Of a DNA stretch of 64,000 bases, positions 37,495 through 47,934 are shown piece after piece (the stretch's first letter is position 1; each line of letters begins with the position of its first letter). The notes beneath the pieces were generated by a model. It did not search any database and was not told where the DNA came from. It saw only the letters and a program-made list of their open reading frames with translations. The stretch is from Gemmatimonadota bacterium (GTDB lineage Bacteria > Gemmatimonadota > Gemmatimonadetes > Longimicrobiales > Gaopeijiaceae). The stretch is taken from NCBI GenBank assembly GCA_034521595.1, contig JAXHMG010000003.1:800001-864000 (forward strand), in the 5' to 3' direction. The translations under genes were made by a program, and so were the position numbers.

Positions 37495-37549
37495 CGATGT
37501 GGACTGGGGTTCGTCGCTTCGGCGGCGTGCCCCTGAATGTTAAGGGGGG

Positions 37550-38053
37550 ATGTTTTCGATGCGAGTGGTTCCGGAGATCGCCGAGGAGTTGGAGCGCCGT
37601 GTGAGCGCGCTCGGCTTCGAATTGGTGGATGTCCGGTGGGGAGGGAGCGGGCGTCGTCCGCTACTCCAACTTCGCATCGACCGGCCGGAGGCCGCTCCAG
37701 GCGCGGGGGTGACCGTGGACGACTGCGCGTCGGTCAGCCGGGCTCTGGAGCCGTGGCTGGACGAGCACGAGAGCCTGTCGGATCGGTACACGCTGGAGGT
37801 TTCGTCACCCGGTGTGGACCGCCCGCTGGTGCGGCCGAGCGACTTCGAGCGTTTCAGCGGAGAGCAGGTCGTGGTCCAGGGTCGGGAAGCGCTGGTCGGC
37901 GAGCAGAGTCGGCTCGAAGGAGAATTGCTGGGATGGGTGGAAGCATCCATGGGGGGGGAAGGTAACGTGCGTCTCCGGTTGTCCGGGGGTGACGAAGTCG
38001 ACGTTCCCGTGGATCGGATTCGTAAGGCGAATCTCGTCTTCACGTGGAAGTGA
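37550..38053 (+). CDS. rimP: Ribosome maturation factor RimP
   Basis: GVTVDDCASVSR, YTLEVSSPGVDRPL. Confidence 0.95.
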   Translation: MFSMRVVPEIAEELERRVSALGFELVDVRWGGSGRRPLLQLRIDRPEAAPGAGVTVDDCASVSRALEPWLDEHESLSDRYTLEVSSPGVDRPLVRPSDFERFSGEQVVVQGREALVGEQSRLEGELLGWVEASMGGEGNVRLRLSGGDEVDVPVDRIRKANLVFTWK

Positions 38054-38067
38054 GGAGATAATAGAAG

Positions 38068-39480
38068 ATGGCGAACGCGGCCCAGATCTTAGCGGCCTTC
38101 AGAGACGTGGCGTCGACCAAGAGCCTGTCCGAGGAGGAAATGACCGACCTCGTCAAGGACGGGATCCTGGCGGGCCTCGCGCGTATTTACGGTCCTACCG
38201 TACAGGCCGAGATCGATATCGCCGAAGAAACCGGCGAGTTCGATATCGTGGTCTTGCGACGCGTCGTCGAAGACGTCGAAGATTCGGCGTGCGAGATCTC
38301 TCTCGAGGAGGCTCGTTGGGACGATCCCACCTTCGAGGTCGGGGACGTCATGGAGATCCCGGTCGAGTTCGGTCAGTTCGGGCGGAACGCGGTCATGGCC
38401 GTCAAGCAGCGGATCGTGCAGCGTGTTCGCGAGAACGAGCGGAGTCGTATCCGCGACGAGTTCGCCGATCGGGTCGGGGAGCTCCTGTCCGGCGAGGTAC
38501 AGCAGGCCGAGCGCGGCAAGCTCGTCGTGCTGATGAACCAAGCTCGCGATGCCGAAGCGATCATCCCCTGGAAGGAGCAGAACCCGCGGGAGCGGTTCCG
38601 GCAGGGTGACCCGATCCGCGCTGTCCTCAAGAAGGTCGAGGAGACGCCGAAGGGACCGCGCCTCATCCTCTCCCGCGGAGATCCGGGCTTCGTTGCGGCA
38701 CTGTTCAGGCTCGAAGTCCCGGAGATCCACCAGGGCATCGTGGAAATCAAGGAGATCTCGCGCGAAGTTGGAGGCCGAACGAAGATCGCGGTCTATAGCC
38801 GTGATGAATCGATCGATCCGGTGGGCGCCTGTGTCGGCCTCAAGGGCTCCCGCGTTCAGGCCGTCGTCTCGGAGCTCGGAGGGGAGCGTATCGATATCGT
38901 TCCGTGGCATCCCGACACGGAGGTGTTCGCACGCCGCGCCCTCGCGCCCGCACGGGTTTCGAAGGTGTTCACGGATCTCGATCGCCAGGTCGTCACTGCC
39001 ATCGTGGACGAAGATCAGCTTTCGTTGGCGATCGGTAGGAACGGTCAGAATGTTCGCCTGGCGTCACAGTTGATCGGGTGGCAGATCGACCTCTACGGCT
39101 CGCGGGAGTGGATGGAGCGCGGCGAGGAGCTGAGCGCGCTCGAGACGCAGGGCGGCGACGAGCAGTTCGAGACTTCCGATTTCCCGCTCTCCGAGCTCGA
39201 CGTGCCTGCGGCGACACTGGCGGCGCTCTCGGAGGCCGGGTATCATACGTTTCTGCAGATCATCGACTTGGAGCGCAGAGACTTCCTGGAAATCGCGGGC
39301 ATCGGTGAGGTGGGAGCCGATCGGCTGCTCGAGTTGATCGACGAGTTGACGGTCGTGGAAGACGATCCCGACACGGACGAGGCTGCTGTCCGCAAGGTGG
39401 TGGAGAGCGAGACGTTCGGGGGAACCGACGAGCCGGTCGGCGAGGAGAGGACGGTCGGGAATGAACAGGAGCAGGAGTGA
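38068..39480 (+). CDS. nusA: Transcription termination/antitermination factor NusA
   Basis: FGRNAVMAVKQ, LFRLEVPEI, DPVGACVG.KGSRV, LSLAIGRNGQNVRLA. Confidence 0.97.
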   Translation: MANAAQILAAFRDVASTKSLSEEEMTDLVKDGILAGLARIYGPTVQAEIDIAEETGEFDIVVLRRVVEDVEDSACEISLEEARWDDPTFEVGDVMEIPVEFGQFGRNAVMAVKQRIVQRVRENERSRIRDEFADRVGELLSGEVQQAERGKLVVLMNQARDAEAIIPWKEQNPRERFRQGDPIRAVLKKVEETPKGPRLILSRGDPGFVAALFRLEVPEIHQGIVEIKEISREVGGRTKIAVYSRDESIDPVGACVGLKGSRVQAVVSELGGERIDIVPWHPDTEVFARRALAPARVSKVFTDLDRQVVTAIVDEDQLSLAIGRNGQNVRLASQLIGWQIDLYGSREWMERGEELSALETQGGDEQFETSDFPLSELDVPAATLAALSEAGYHTFLQIIDLERRDFLEIAGIGEVGADRLLELIDELTVVEDDPDTDEAAVRKVVESETFGGTDEPVGEERTVGNEQEQE

Positions 39481-39814
39481 CGTCCTGGCCATTCTCGGCC
39501 TCGCTCGCCGGGCGGGCGAGGCCTCGGGTGGAACGGAGGCCGTCAGGCAGGCGGTAAGGGACGGGCGTGCGAAGGTGGTCGTCATGGCCACGGACGCGTC
39601 CCCGACCCAGCTGAAAAAAATTCGCAGTACGATTCATAATCGGACGATCCCTCAGGTCTTCCTGGGGGATCGAAGCACGTTGGGGGCCGCGATCGGGGCG
39701 GCGCCGTTGGCCGCGATCGCGGTGACGGACGCATCGCTGGCGGGGCGCCTCTTGGAAGGGGTCGGATCGGAAGAGGCCACGGACGCTCCCGACGAACCGG
39801 AGAGACGAAGATAA
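39461..39814 (+). CDS. L7Ae/YlxQ-family RNA-binding protein
   Basis: LGLARRAG, VVMATDAS, LGAAIG, IAVTD; located between nusA and infB. Confidence 0.88.
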   Translation: MNRSRSDVLAILGLARRAGEASGGTEAVRQAVRDGRAKVVVMATDASPTQLKKIRSTIHNRTIPQVFLGDRSTLGAAIGAAPLAAIAVTDASLAGRLLEGVGSEEATDAPDEPERRR

Positions 39815-39816
39815 GT

Positions 39817-42678
39817 ATGCAGGTTATCGAGCTGGCAGAAGACCTGAGGGTCGAGGCCGACGCCTTGGTCGCGCTCCTCCGAAAGATGGGGATTCCCGTC
39901 GCGGACGAGCGGGCGACGATCACGGACGGCGAGAAGGCCAAGGTCCTGGCGAAGGTGGAACGGGAGCGTAGGGCGGGTCGCGAGGACCCGGCCGAGGCGA
40001 TTCGTGCTGCTCTGGAGGAAGCCGCTTCCAGCTCGGGGCGTCGTCGCCGCCGGCGACGGCGGAGCGAGCCCGAGCCCGAGGAGCCTGAACCGGTCGAGGC
40101 CGAAGCGGCCGAGGCCGAGATCGAAGCGCCCGAGCCCGAAGCGGCCCAACCGGAGCCCGAAGAGGCCGAAGTCGAGCCCGAGGCCGAAGCCGAGTCGGCC
40201 GAGCCCGTTTCCGAAGAGGCCGCCCCCGAAGCTCCGGAAGCCGACCTCGAGCCTGCCGAGGCCCCGGACGGAGAGCCGGATGAGGCCGTGAGCGACGCGG
40301 TCGAGGAAGAGGCGGAAGCGGTGGAGGAGGCCGAGCCCACCGACGAAGCGGTGGAGGCCGAGCCTTCCAGCGGTGGGGCCACGGTCGAGGAAGCGGCGGA
40401 AGAAGCTTCGGATCGCGACGAAGCCACGGTCGAGGAGGCCTCCGCAGCGGAGGATGCCGGCGCAGACGACGAGGGTGGCGCAACAGCAGAAGAAGCGACG
40501 GAACCCGAATCCGCTGCTGAATCGGAGGCGGCGGAAGGAGACGAAGGCGAGGAAGGCGCCAAGGCGCGACCGAAGCCGGCGTCAGCCCGGGCGGGTGCCC
40601 CGGAAGGGCCGACCCGCACGATTCGGAGGCCCACGCCGGCCCCCGCTGCGAGCGCTGGGCCGGGTGGCCAGGTTCGCATTCAGGCGGAAGGGTACACGCC
40701 CGACGGGCGCCGGAAGAGCAAGGACAAGAAGAAGGGCAAGAAGCGCCAGGGCGTCGACCAGGACGCGGTCCAGTCCAACATCCAGCGCGTGATGGCCGAG
40801 ATCAAGGGTGGCGGCGGTGGGAAGAAGCGTCGCCGAAAGGGCCAGCGTGTGTCGCAGGAGGAGCAGGAAGAGCAGGAAGAGCAAGAGCGCCAGGAGGAGG
40901 AAAAGGAGCGCACGACCGTGCGCGTGAACGAGTTCCTGACCGTGGCGGAGCTCTCCGAGCTCGTGGATGCGACCTCGACCGAGATCATCGGGTCGGCCTT
41001 CAAGAACCTCGGGCTGCTCGTGACCATCAACCAGCGGCTCGACTTCGATCAGATCGAGATGTTGCTCGACGAGTTCGGGTACACGGCGGTACGGGAAGAA
41101 GAGTACAGCAGCGAGCCGGTTACCGAGGAGATCGAGGATGCGCCGGAGGACCTGCGCCCCCGGCCACCGGTCGTGACCGTCATGGGGCACGTCGACCACG
41201 GAAAGACGCTCCTCCTCGACAAAATCCGGAAGGCGAACGTGGTGGCCGGCGAGGCCGGAGGCATCACGCAGCACATCGGCGCCTATCACGTGGAGCTTCC
41301 GGACGAGCGCAGCATCACGTTCCTCGATACGCCCGGACACGCGGCGTTTACCGCCATGCGGGCACGCGGGGCGGACGTGACCGACGTGGTGATCCTCCTC
41401 GTCGCGGCGGACGATTCCGTCATGCCTCAGACGGCCGAAGCGATCAGCCACGCGAAGAACGCCGGCGTGCCGATGGTCGTCGCGATCAACAAATGTGACC
41501 TGCCGGCGGCGGATCCGAACCGCGTCAAGCAGGAGCTCTTGCAGCACACGGTGAACGTCGAGGACTTCGGCGGTGACACGCTGGTTGCGGAGGTGTCGGC
41601 GAAGACCGGTGAGGGGATCGACGACCTGCTCGAGAAGGTGCTCCTCCAGGCCGAGATTCTCGAGCTGAAGGCGAATCCCAACCGTTTGGCGGAAGGGGCG
41701 GTCGTCGAAGCACAGCTGGACGTCGGGAAAGGACCGGTGGTGTCCGTTCTCGTACAGAAGGGGACGTTGCGCGTGGGGGAGTCCTTTATGTGCGGGCTCT
41801 ACGACGGGCGTGTGCGAGCCCTCCTGGACGAGCGTGGGAACTCGGTCGAGAAAGCCGTCCCGGGCACACCCGTCCAGGTGCTCGGCGCGAGCGGGGTGCC
41901 CCAAGCCGGAGATACCTTCCAGGTCATGGACGCCGATACCGCGGCGGAGACTGCGGCGACCCGCCAGCGGCTCGATCGCGAGAAGCAGCTCAGGATCCGG
42001 GAGCGCGGGGTCAAGCTCGGCGACTTCGGAGCCCTGGTCGCGGCCGGTGAGGTTTCGCGGCTGCCGCTGGTCATCAAGGGTGACGTGGACGGCTCCGTAC
42101 AGGCGCTTTCCGACGCGCTCGAGCAGCTGAGCGGGGACGAGGTCCAGGTGGACATCATCCATCGGGGCGTGGGAGCAATCAACGAGTCCGACGTGTTGCT
42201 GGCCGAGACGGCCGGAGCGGTCGTGATCGGCTTCCGCGTGCGGCCGCAGCCCGCGGCTCGACAGGAAGCCGAGCGCAACGACATCGACATTCACGTCTAC
42301 GATGTGATTTACGAGGCCGTGGACGAGGTGGCGGCGGCGTTGGAAGGCATGCTGTCGCCGGAGAAGCGCGAGGCGGTCGAGGGGACGGCCGAGGTCCGCG
42401 AGGTCTTCAGGGTGAGCAAAGTCGGCACTATCGCGGGCTGTTATGTGACGGAAGGGCGGATCGACCGAAAGGGCAGGGCGCGCGTGGTGCGTGAAGGCGT
42501 CGTGGTGTACGACGGCGAGATCGGCTCCCTCAAGCGATTCAAGGACGATGTCAAGGAAGTTCGCGAGGGCTTCGAATGTGGCATCGGCGTCGCCAACTTC
42601 AACGACGTCAAGGTCGGGGACCTGATCGAGTGTTACACCGTGACCGAGGTCGCCAGGAAGCTCGAGAGAACCAACTGA
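39817..42678 (+). CDS. infB: Translation initiation factor IF-2
   Basis: [50 protein letters not shown]. Confidence 0.98.
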   Translation: MQVIELAEDLRVEADALVALLRKMGIPVADERATITDGEKAKVLAKVERERRAGREDPAEAIRAALEEAASSSGRRRRRRRRSEPEPEEPEPVEAEAAEAEIEAPEPEAAQPEPEEAEVEPEAEAESAEPVSEEAAPEAPEADLEPAEAPDGEPDEAVSDAVEEEAEAVEEAEPTDEAVEAEPSSGGATVEEAAEEASDRDEATVEEASAAEDAGADDEGGATAEEATEPESAAESEAAEGDEGEEGAKARPKPASARAGAPEGPTRTIRRPTPAPAASAGPGGQVRIQAEGYTPDGRRKSKDKKKGKKRQGVDQDAVQSNIQRVMAEIKGGGGGKKRRRKGQRVSQEEQEEQEEQERQEEEKERTTVRVNEFLTVAELSELVDATSTEIIGSAFKNLGLLVTINQRLDFDQIEMLLDEFGYTAVREEEYSSEPVTEEIEDAPEDLRPRPPVVTVMGHVDHGKTLLLDKIRKANVVAGEAGGITQHIGAYHVELPDERSITFLDTPGHAAFTAMRARGADVTDVVILLVAADDSVMPQTAEAISHAKNAGVPMVVAINKCDLPAADPNRVKQELLQHTVNVEDFGGDTLVAEVSAKTGEGIDDLLEKVLLQAEILELKANPNRLAEGAVVEAQLDVGKGPVVSVLVQKGTLRVGESFMCGLYDGRVRALLDERGNSVEKAVPGTPVQVLGASGVPQAGDTFQVMDADTAAETAATRQRLDREKQLRIRERGVKLGDFGALVAAGEVSRLPLVIKGDVDGSVQALSDALEQLSGDEVQVDIIHRGVGAINESDVLLAETAGAVVIGFRVRPQPAARQEAERNDIDIHVYDVIYEAVDEVAAALEGMLSPEKREAVEGTAEVREVFRVSKVGTIAGCYVTEGRIDRKGRARVVREGVVVYDGEIGSLKRFKDDVKEVREGFECGIGVANFNDVKVGDLIECYTVTEVARKLERTN

Positions 42679-42699
42679 GGCAGGCCTTGGGGGGATCCC

Positions 42700-42981
42700 A
42701 TGGTGGTCGTGTCCATGACCTGGGAGCTATCCCTTCCAGGCTGTTCGTCGCTGAAGCAAAAGCGGTCCGTGCTTCGGTCCCTGCGGGATCGGCTTCGGAG
42801 CCGGTTCAACGTCTCGGTTGCCGAGACCGGCCTCCAGGATGTGTGGGATCGCGGCCTGCTGACGATCGCGCTGGTCGCTACCGACGGCCGAATGGCGGAG
42901 TCCGTGTTGGATCGTGCCGACCGTCTCGTCGAAGAACACGGTGGCGCGCTGATTCTCGAGGTACGACGTGAACGCTATTAG
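42700..42981 (+). CDS. DUF503 (YlxP) family protein
   Basis: SLKQKRSVL...RFNVSVAE...QD.W; usual position between infB and rbfA. Confidence 0.88.
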   Translation: MVVVSMTWELSLPGCSSLKQKRSVLRSLRDRLRSRFNVSVAETGLQDVWDRGLLTIALVATDGRMAESVLDRADRLVEEHGGALILEVRRERY

Positions 42982-42996
42982 GGTCTACGATCTTGC

Positions 42997-43389
42997 ATGA
43001 CTAGCCGGCACCGTCTCGCTCGTCTGAACGAGCAACTGAAGCGCGAGCTCGCGGAGCTGATTCGTACGGACGTTAGAGATCCTCGCGTCGGGCTCGTCAC
43101 CGTCACGGACGTCGATGTGACGTCCGATCTGAGTGTCGCGCGCGTCTACGTGCGGGCGCTCGGGGAGACCGAAGAGGTCGACGAGGCGCTTGCGGGGCTC
43201 GAAGCAGCTGCGCCGTTCTTGCGCGGTAGCTTGGGGAAGGAGCTCAGCATACGTCGGATCCCCGAGCTCCGTTTTCAGCGGGACCGATCCCTGGAGCACG
43301 CCACGCGCATCGAGGAGATCCTTTCGGAGGTCCTCCCCGAGGACGAACCGGCGGACGACTCCGACGAAGGGGGAGGGCCGGACGGGTGA
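42997..43389 (+). CDS. rbfA: Ribosome-binding factor A
   Basis: RDPRVGLVTVTDV.V..DL..A.VY, RRIPELRF..D.S. Confidence 0.96.
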   Translation: MTSRHRLARLNEQLKRELAELIRTDVRDPRVGLVTVTDVDVTSDLSVARVYVRALGETEEVDEALAGLEAAAPFLRGSLGKELSIRRIPELRFQRDRSLEHATRIEEILSEVLPEDEPADDSDEGGGPDG

Positions 43390-44264
43390 GCTTGGGCCCT
43401 GCGGGCGCCGTGCTCCCAGTGGACAAACCGGTCGGTCCGACCTCGCACGACATGGTGGCGGTCGTCCGGCGCGCGCTCGGAATCCGTAAGGTCGGGCATA
43501 CGGGCACGCTCGATCCCTTCGCATCCGGCCTCTTGCTGGTGTGCCTCGGACGCGCCACACGGATCGCCGAGTACCTTACGGGCTTGGACAAGGAGTACGT
43601 CGCGACGGCCGAGCTGGGCGTGGCCACGACCACGGACGACGCCGAGGGCGACGTGGTCGAGGAACACCGGGGTTGGGCAGCGCTCGATCCCTCACGGATC
43701 GCCCGGGAGCTCGCGACGTTCGTGGGGACGTTGGAACAGGTCCCTCCGCAATACTCCGCGAAGAAGGTGCGCGGAGAGGCGATGTACCGCCGCGCGCGCC
43801 GGGGCGAACAGGTGGAGCTCCAGCCCAACCGGGTGAACATCCGTGACGCGGAGCTTCTGTGGGTCGACCTGCCCCGGGTCCGGTTCCGCATCCGCTGCTC
43901 CAGCGGCACCTATGTTCGCGCGGTGGCTCGGGACCTGGGGAACGCCCTCGGGGTGGGCGGACACTTGACCGAGCTGCGAAGAACGTCGGTGGGAGGATTC
44001 GGCGTCGGGGAGGCTGTTCATCCGGACGCGCTCGCGGATCTCGACAGTGTGTCCTCGTCCCTGCTGGATCCGCTCGGGGCGCTCGCCCACATGCCTACCT
44101 GGGCCGTCGAGGACGAGATCGCGGGACGCTTGCGACACGGCCAACGCGTGCGGTACTCGGGTCCCCCTGCCGCGGGACCGCTGACCGTGGCGTCCGGCCG
44201 GGAGCTGGTCGCGGTGGGACACGTCTCCGAAGGCGTTTTCAAGCCCTCGAAGGTCTTCTCGTGA
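43386..44264 (+). CDS. truB: tRNA pseudouridine(55) synthase
   Basis: DKPVGPTSHD, KVGHTGTLDP, QVPPQYSA, CSSGTYVR. Confidence 0.96.
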   Translation: MSLGPAGAVLPVDKPVGPTSHDMVAVVRRALGIRKVGHTGTLDPFASGLLLVCLGRATRIAEYLTGLDKEYVATAELGVATTTDDAEGDVVEEHRGWAALDPSRIARELATFVGTLEQVPPQYSAKKVRGEAMYRRARRGEQVELQPNRVNIRDAELLWVDLPRVRFRIRCSSGTYVRAVARDLGNALGVGGHLTELRRTSVGGFGVGEAVHPDALADLDSVSSSLLDPLGALAHMPTWAVEDEIAGRLRHGQRVRYSGPPAAGPLTVASGRELVAVGHVSEGVFKPSKVFS

Positions 44265-45208
44265 GTGCCGCGCCGGTGCAGTGGCGGTATCCCCCGGGGA
44301 TCCCGTCCGACAAGGGAACGGTGGCCACGGTGGGTACCTTCGACGGTGTGCACCTCGGGCACCGCAAGGTCCTCGACGAGATCGGGGCCAAGGCAGAGGC
44401 GTCCGACCGTCGCAGCGTGCTCGTGACGTTCGATCCGCACCCGCTTCGGGTCGTGCGCCCGGACGATGCGCCGCCCCTGTTGACCACGCCGGTCGAGAAG
44501 AAGGAGATCCTGGCTCAGACCGCCCTCGATCTAGCCGTGTTCGTGCGGTTCACGGAAACGCTGTCCCGCTATGAGCCTCGGAGGTTCGTAGAGGAGGTCC
44601 TCGTCGGTCGTCTCGGCGTGGAGGAGCTCGTTATCGGATACGATCACGGCTTCGGGCGGGACCGCAGCGGCGATGCCGATACGATCAAGCGAATGGGCGA
44701 CGAGCTCGGTTTCTCGGTGGACGTGGTCGCGCCCGTATCCGTCGGGGGGCGGACCATCTCTTCGTCGCGGATCCGCAATGCTCTGGCGGACCACGACGTG
44801 CGTGACGCCCGAGCGTGCCTGGGTCGGCCCTACGCCGTCAGGGGGGTGGTCGTGCGAGGCGAGGGACGGGGGCAGGAGCTGGGATTTCCCACGGCCAATC
44901 TCCACGTGAGCGATCGCGACAAGCTGGTGCCTCCACCCGGGGTGTACGCGGTGTGGGGGCTGTTGCGGAAAGGGAGTGGGTACCCCGGTGCCCTCCACAT
45001 CGGGCCGAGGCCGACCTTTCGAGGCTCCCCTCCGACGATCGAGCTGCACCTGATCGGCTTCGAGGGTGACCTGTACGGCGAGGAGATCCGGGTCGAGTTC
45101 GTGGACCATTTACGGGGTGTCCATCCTTTCTCGAGTGTGGACGCCCTCATCGATCAGCTACGCGAAGATGTGGATGCCGCTGCGAAAGCGGTGGACGCGG
45201 ACCGGTGA
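44261..45208 (+). CDS. ribF: Bifunctional riboflavin kinase/FAD synthetase
   Basis: GTFDGVHLGH, TFDPHP, GYDHGFG, ISSSRIR, LGFPTAN, IGPRPTF; GTG start. Confidence 0.96.
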   Translation: MSAAPVQWRYPPGIPSDKGTVATVGTFDGVHLGHRKVLDEIGAKAEASDRRSVLVTFDPHPLRVVRPDDAPPLLTTPVEKKEILAQTALDLAVFVRFTETLSRYEPRRFVEEVLVGRLGVEELVIGYDHGFGRDRSGDADTIKRMGDELGFSVDVVAPVSVGGRTISSSRIRNALADHDVRDARACLGRPYAVRGVVVRGEGRGQELGFPTANLHVSDRDKLVPPPGVYAVWGLLRKGSGYPGALHIGPRPTFRGSPPTIELHLIGFEGDLYGEEIRVEFVDHLRGVHPFSSVDALIDQLREDVDAAAKAVDADR

Positions 45209-45220
45209 ATGACGTAGCTT
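45192..45220 (+). promoter_or_regulatory. Possible rpsO promoter
   Basis: TGGACG-N17-TAGCTT. Confidence 0.4.
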
Positions 45221-45313
45221 CTCAGGCTCGAATCCCGGCGTCACCGACCTGCTTGTTCGGCGACGCCCCTCGCTTCCCTTGTAGCGTTGACTCTCGCGGA
45301 GGCTGATACGCCA

Positions 45314-45574
45314 ATGGTTATCGTGAAAGAAGACATCATCAAGAAGCACCAGCTCCACGAGAACGACCGTGGAAGCGCACCCGTACAGATCGCGCTCCTG
45401 ACGGCGAGAATCGACGACTTGCGGGGACATTTCGACAAGCACAAGCAGGACCATCACAGCCGTCGGGGGCTCCTCAAGATGGTCGGTCGACGCCGTCGGC
45501 TGCTGGAGTACCTGCGACGTACCGACGTGGAAAGATACCGGGAGCTCATCGCAGATCTCGGCCTTCGACACTAG
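45314..45574 (+). CDS. rpsO: 30S ribosomal protein S15
   Basis: [38 protein letters not shown]. Confidence 0.98.
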   Translation: MVIVKEDIIKKHQLHENDRGSAPVQIALLTARIDDLRGHFDKHKQDHHSRRGLLKMVGRRRRLLEYLRRTDVERYRELIADLGLRH

Positions 45575-45584
45575 ATGGATGTTC

Positions 45585-45624
45585 GGGCGACCGGAGCCGA
45601 GAAGCTCCGGTCGCCTGTTTTTGT
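45585..45624 (+). terminator. Intrinsic terminator after rpsO
   Basis: gggcgaccggagc-cgagaa-gctccggtcgcct 13-bp stem, then gtttttgt. Confidence 0.8.
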
Positions 45625-45798
45625 ACCGGACGCGAGCATGCGTCGGATGAGAGACGGCCTCTCGATTCGCTGCAGAACGGGCTTCACGCCGAGGCGTGCC
45701 CCGGCGGCGGTCGCTCTCTTCTCCGGACCCGCTAACGCTTCGGTACTCGACGAGAGGTCGGGGAAACGCCCCGGCCCAACCCGAAGTGAGTTGATCAA

Positions 45799-47934
45799 AT
45801 GATCCAGAGGTTAGAACGTCAGTTTGCCGGGCGCACCCTTTCGCTCGAGTTCGGTCGCATGGCCAAGCTCGCGCAAGGGTCTTGCTTGGTGCAGCATGGG
45901 GACACCGTCATCCTCTGCACCGCCACGGTGCAGGACCACCCCACCCACCTTCCCTTCTTCCCCCTCACGGTCGAATACCGCGAGAAAAGCTATGCTGCCG
46001 GGAAGATCCCGGGTGGCTTCTTCAAGCGCGAAGGTCGGCCGGGGGAGAAGGAGATCCTCTCCGCGCGGCAGATCGACCGCCCCATCCGGCCGCTGTTCCC
46101 GGAAGGGTTCATGAACGAGACGCAGGTCGCCTGCTTCATCCTGTCCGCCGATCAGGAAAACGACGCGGACGTGCTCGCGCTGGTGGGCGCCTCCGTCGCG
46201 CTCAAGATGTCGAAGATCCCGTTCAACACCGCGGTCGCTTCGGTGCGGGTCGGGCGCATCAAGGACAACTGGGTGATCAACCCGACGTTCCAGCAGCTCG
46301 AGTACTCGGACGTCGATATCGTGGTGGCGGGGACGGCCGAGGCCATCACGATGGTGGAAGGCGGCTCCGTCGAGATTGCCGAATCCGAGATCCTCGAGGG
46401 GCTCAAAGTCGCTCACGACGCCATCAAGGAGTTGTGCGCGTTGCAGGAGGAGCTCCTCTCCGGGCACAACGTTCCGGACATGGATTGGACGGCCTTGGAG
46501 CCGGATCCGGACCTACGGGCTCGTGTGGAGGACCTCGCCGAGTCGAAGGTGTCGGAGGCGATGGACCTCCAGGAAAAGTCCGAGCGTCAACAGGCGATGG
46601 CGGCGGTGCGTGAGGACATCTCCTCCGCTCTCAGCACGGAAGAGGACTGGTCCGACCACGAGAAGGACGTGGGCGAGATCCTGCGGTCCATCGAGAAGAA
46701 GACGATGCGCCGGAACATCCTCGAGAGCGGGGAGCGAGCCGACGGCCGCGGATTGGACGACATCCGACCCATCTCTTCGGAGGTCGGCGTGTTGCCGCGC
46801 ACCCATGGCTCCTCGCTCTTCACACGGGGTCAGACGCAGGCGCTCGGGGTCGTGACGTTGGGCACCGCCAGAGACGAGCAGCGCATCGACTCGATCGACG
46901 CGTTGGAGGAAGTCTCCAAGTCCTTCATGCTCCACTACAACTTCCCTCCTTTCTGTGTCGGAGAGGCGAAGCCGTACCGCGGCACCTCCCGCCGCGAAGT
47001 CGGCCACGGTAATCTCGCGGAGCGCGCGATCCAGCCGATGCTTCCGGCTTACGACGATTTCCCCTACACGATCCGCATCGTGTCGGATATTCTGGAATCC
47101 AACGGGTCCTCGTCGATGGCCACGGTGTGCGCATCGTCGCTCTCGCTCATGGACGCGGGGGTGCCGATCCGCAAGCCCTTGGCCGGGATCGCGATGGGGC
47201 TCATCAAGGAAGGCGACGACGTCGCGATCCTCACGGATATTCTCGGGCTCGAAGACGCGCTCGGCGACATGGACTTCAAGGTGGCCGGGACCGCCGACGG
47301 CATCACCTCGATTCAGATGGACATCAAGATCGAGGGACTGACGTTCGAGATCATTCAGGACGCCCTGGATCGCGCGAAGAAAGCGCGGCTGCACATCCTC
47401 GAGCTCATGAACCAGACGATCTCCGAGGCGCGGACGGAGCTTTCGCCCTACGCCCCGCAGATCATCTCCATTCAGATCAATCCCGAGAAGATCGGGGAGA
47501 TCATCGGGCCCAAGGGTAAGACGATTCGGGCCATTCAGGAGGAGTCCGGCGCTCAGATCGACATCGACGACGCCGGCGTCGTGAAGATCGCGGCCGTGTC
47601 CGGTGACACCGGACGACGTGCCCGCGAGATGATCGAAGCCATCGTTCAGGATCCGGAGGTCGGGCGCATCTACGAAGGTCCGGTCAAGAACACGACCACC
47701 TTCGGCGCCTTCATCGAGATCATGCCCGGCACCGAGGGGCTCTGTCACATCTCCGAGCTCCAGGAGAGCCGGACGGAAAAGACCGAAGATGTCTTGAAGA
47801 AGGGAGACATCACTCGTGTCAAGCTACTCTCCATCGACGAGAAGGGGCGCCTGCGCCTGTCCCGTAAGGCCGCGTTGGCCGAGGAAGGTGGGGCGTCGGA
47901 TGCCACGGCGGAGGCGGATGAAGCCCGAGTTTGA
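45799..47934 (+). CDS. pnp: Polyribonucleotide nucleotidyltransferase (PNPase)
   Basis: FFPLTVEY, GKIPGGFFKREG, FTRGQTQ, RREVGHG, SNGSSSMA, GDMDFKVAG; KH and S1 domains. Confidence 0.98.
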   Translation: MIQRLERQFAGRTLSLEFGRMAKLAQGSCLVQHGDTVILCTATVQDHPTHLPFFPLTVEYREKSYAAGKIPGGFFKREGRPGEKEILSARQIDRPIRPLFPEGFMNETQVACFILSADQENDADVLALVGASVALKMSKIPFNTAVASVRVGRIKDNWVINPTFQQLEYSDVDIVVAGTAEAITMVEGGSVEIAESEILEGLKVAHDAIKELCALQEELLSGHNVPDMDWTALEPDPDLRARVEDLAESKVSEAMDLQEKSERQQAMAAVREDISSALSTEEDWSDHEKDVGEILRSIEKKTMRRNILESGERADGRGLDDIRPISSEVGVLPRTHGSSLFTRGQTQALGVVTLGTARDEQRIDSIDALEEVSKSFMLHYNFPPFCVGEAKPYRGTSRREVGHGNLAERAIQPMLPAYDDFPYTIRIVSDILESNGSSSMATVCASSLSLMDAGVPIRKPLAGIAMGLIKEGDDVAILTDILGLEDALGDMDFKVAGTADGITSIQMDIKIEGLTFEIIQDALDRAKKARLHILELMNQTISEARTELSPYAPQIISIQINPEKIGEIIGPKGKTIRAIQEESGAQIDIDDAGVVKIAAVSGDTGRRAREMIEAIVQDPEVGRIYEGPVKNTTTFGAFIEIMPGTEGLCHISELQESRTEKTEDVLKKGDITRVKLLSIDEKGRLRLSRKAALAEEGGASDATAEADEARV

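Noticed and set aside
45203..45246. tRNA-like fragment (tgacgtagct...ggctcgaatcccggcgtcacc) after ribF
   Set aside because: Only about 45 nt, no D or anticodon arm, imperfect T-loop, no CCA; better explained by the rpsO promoter and leader
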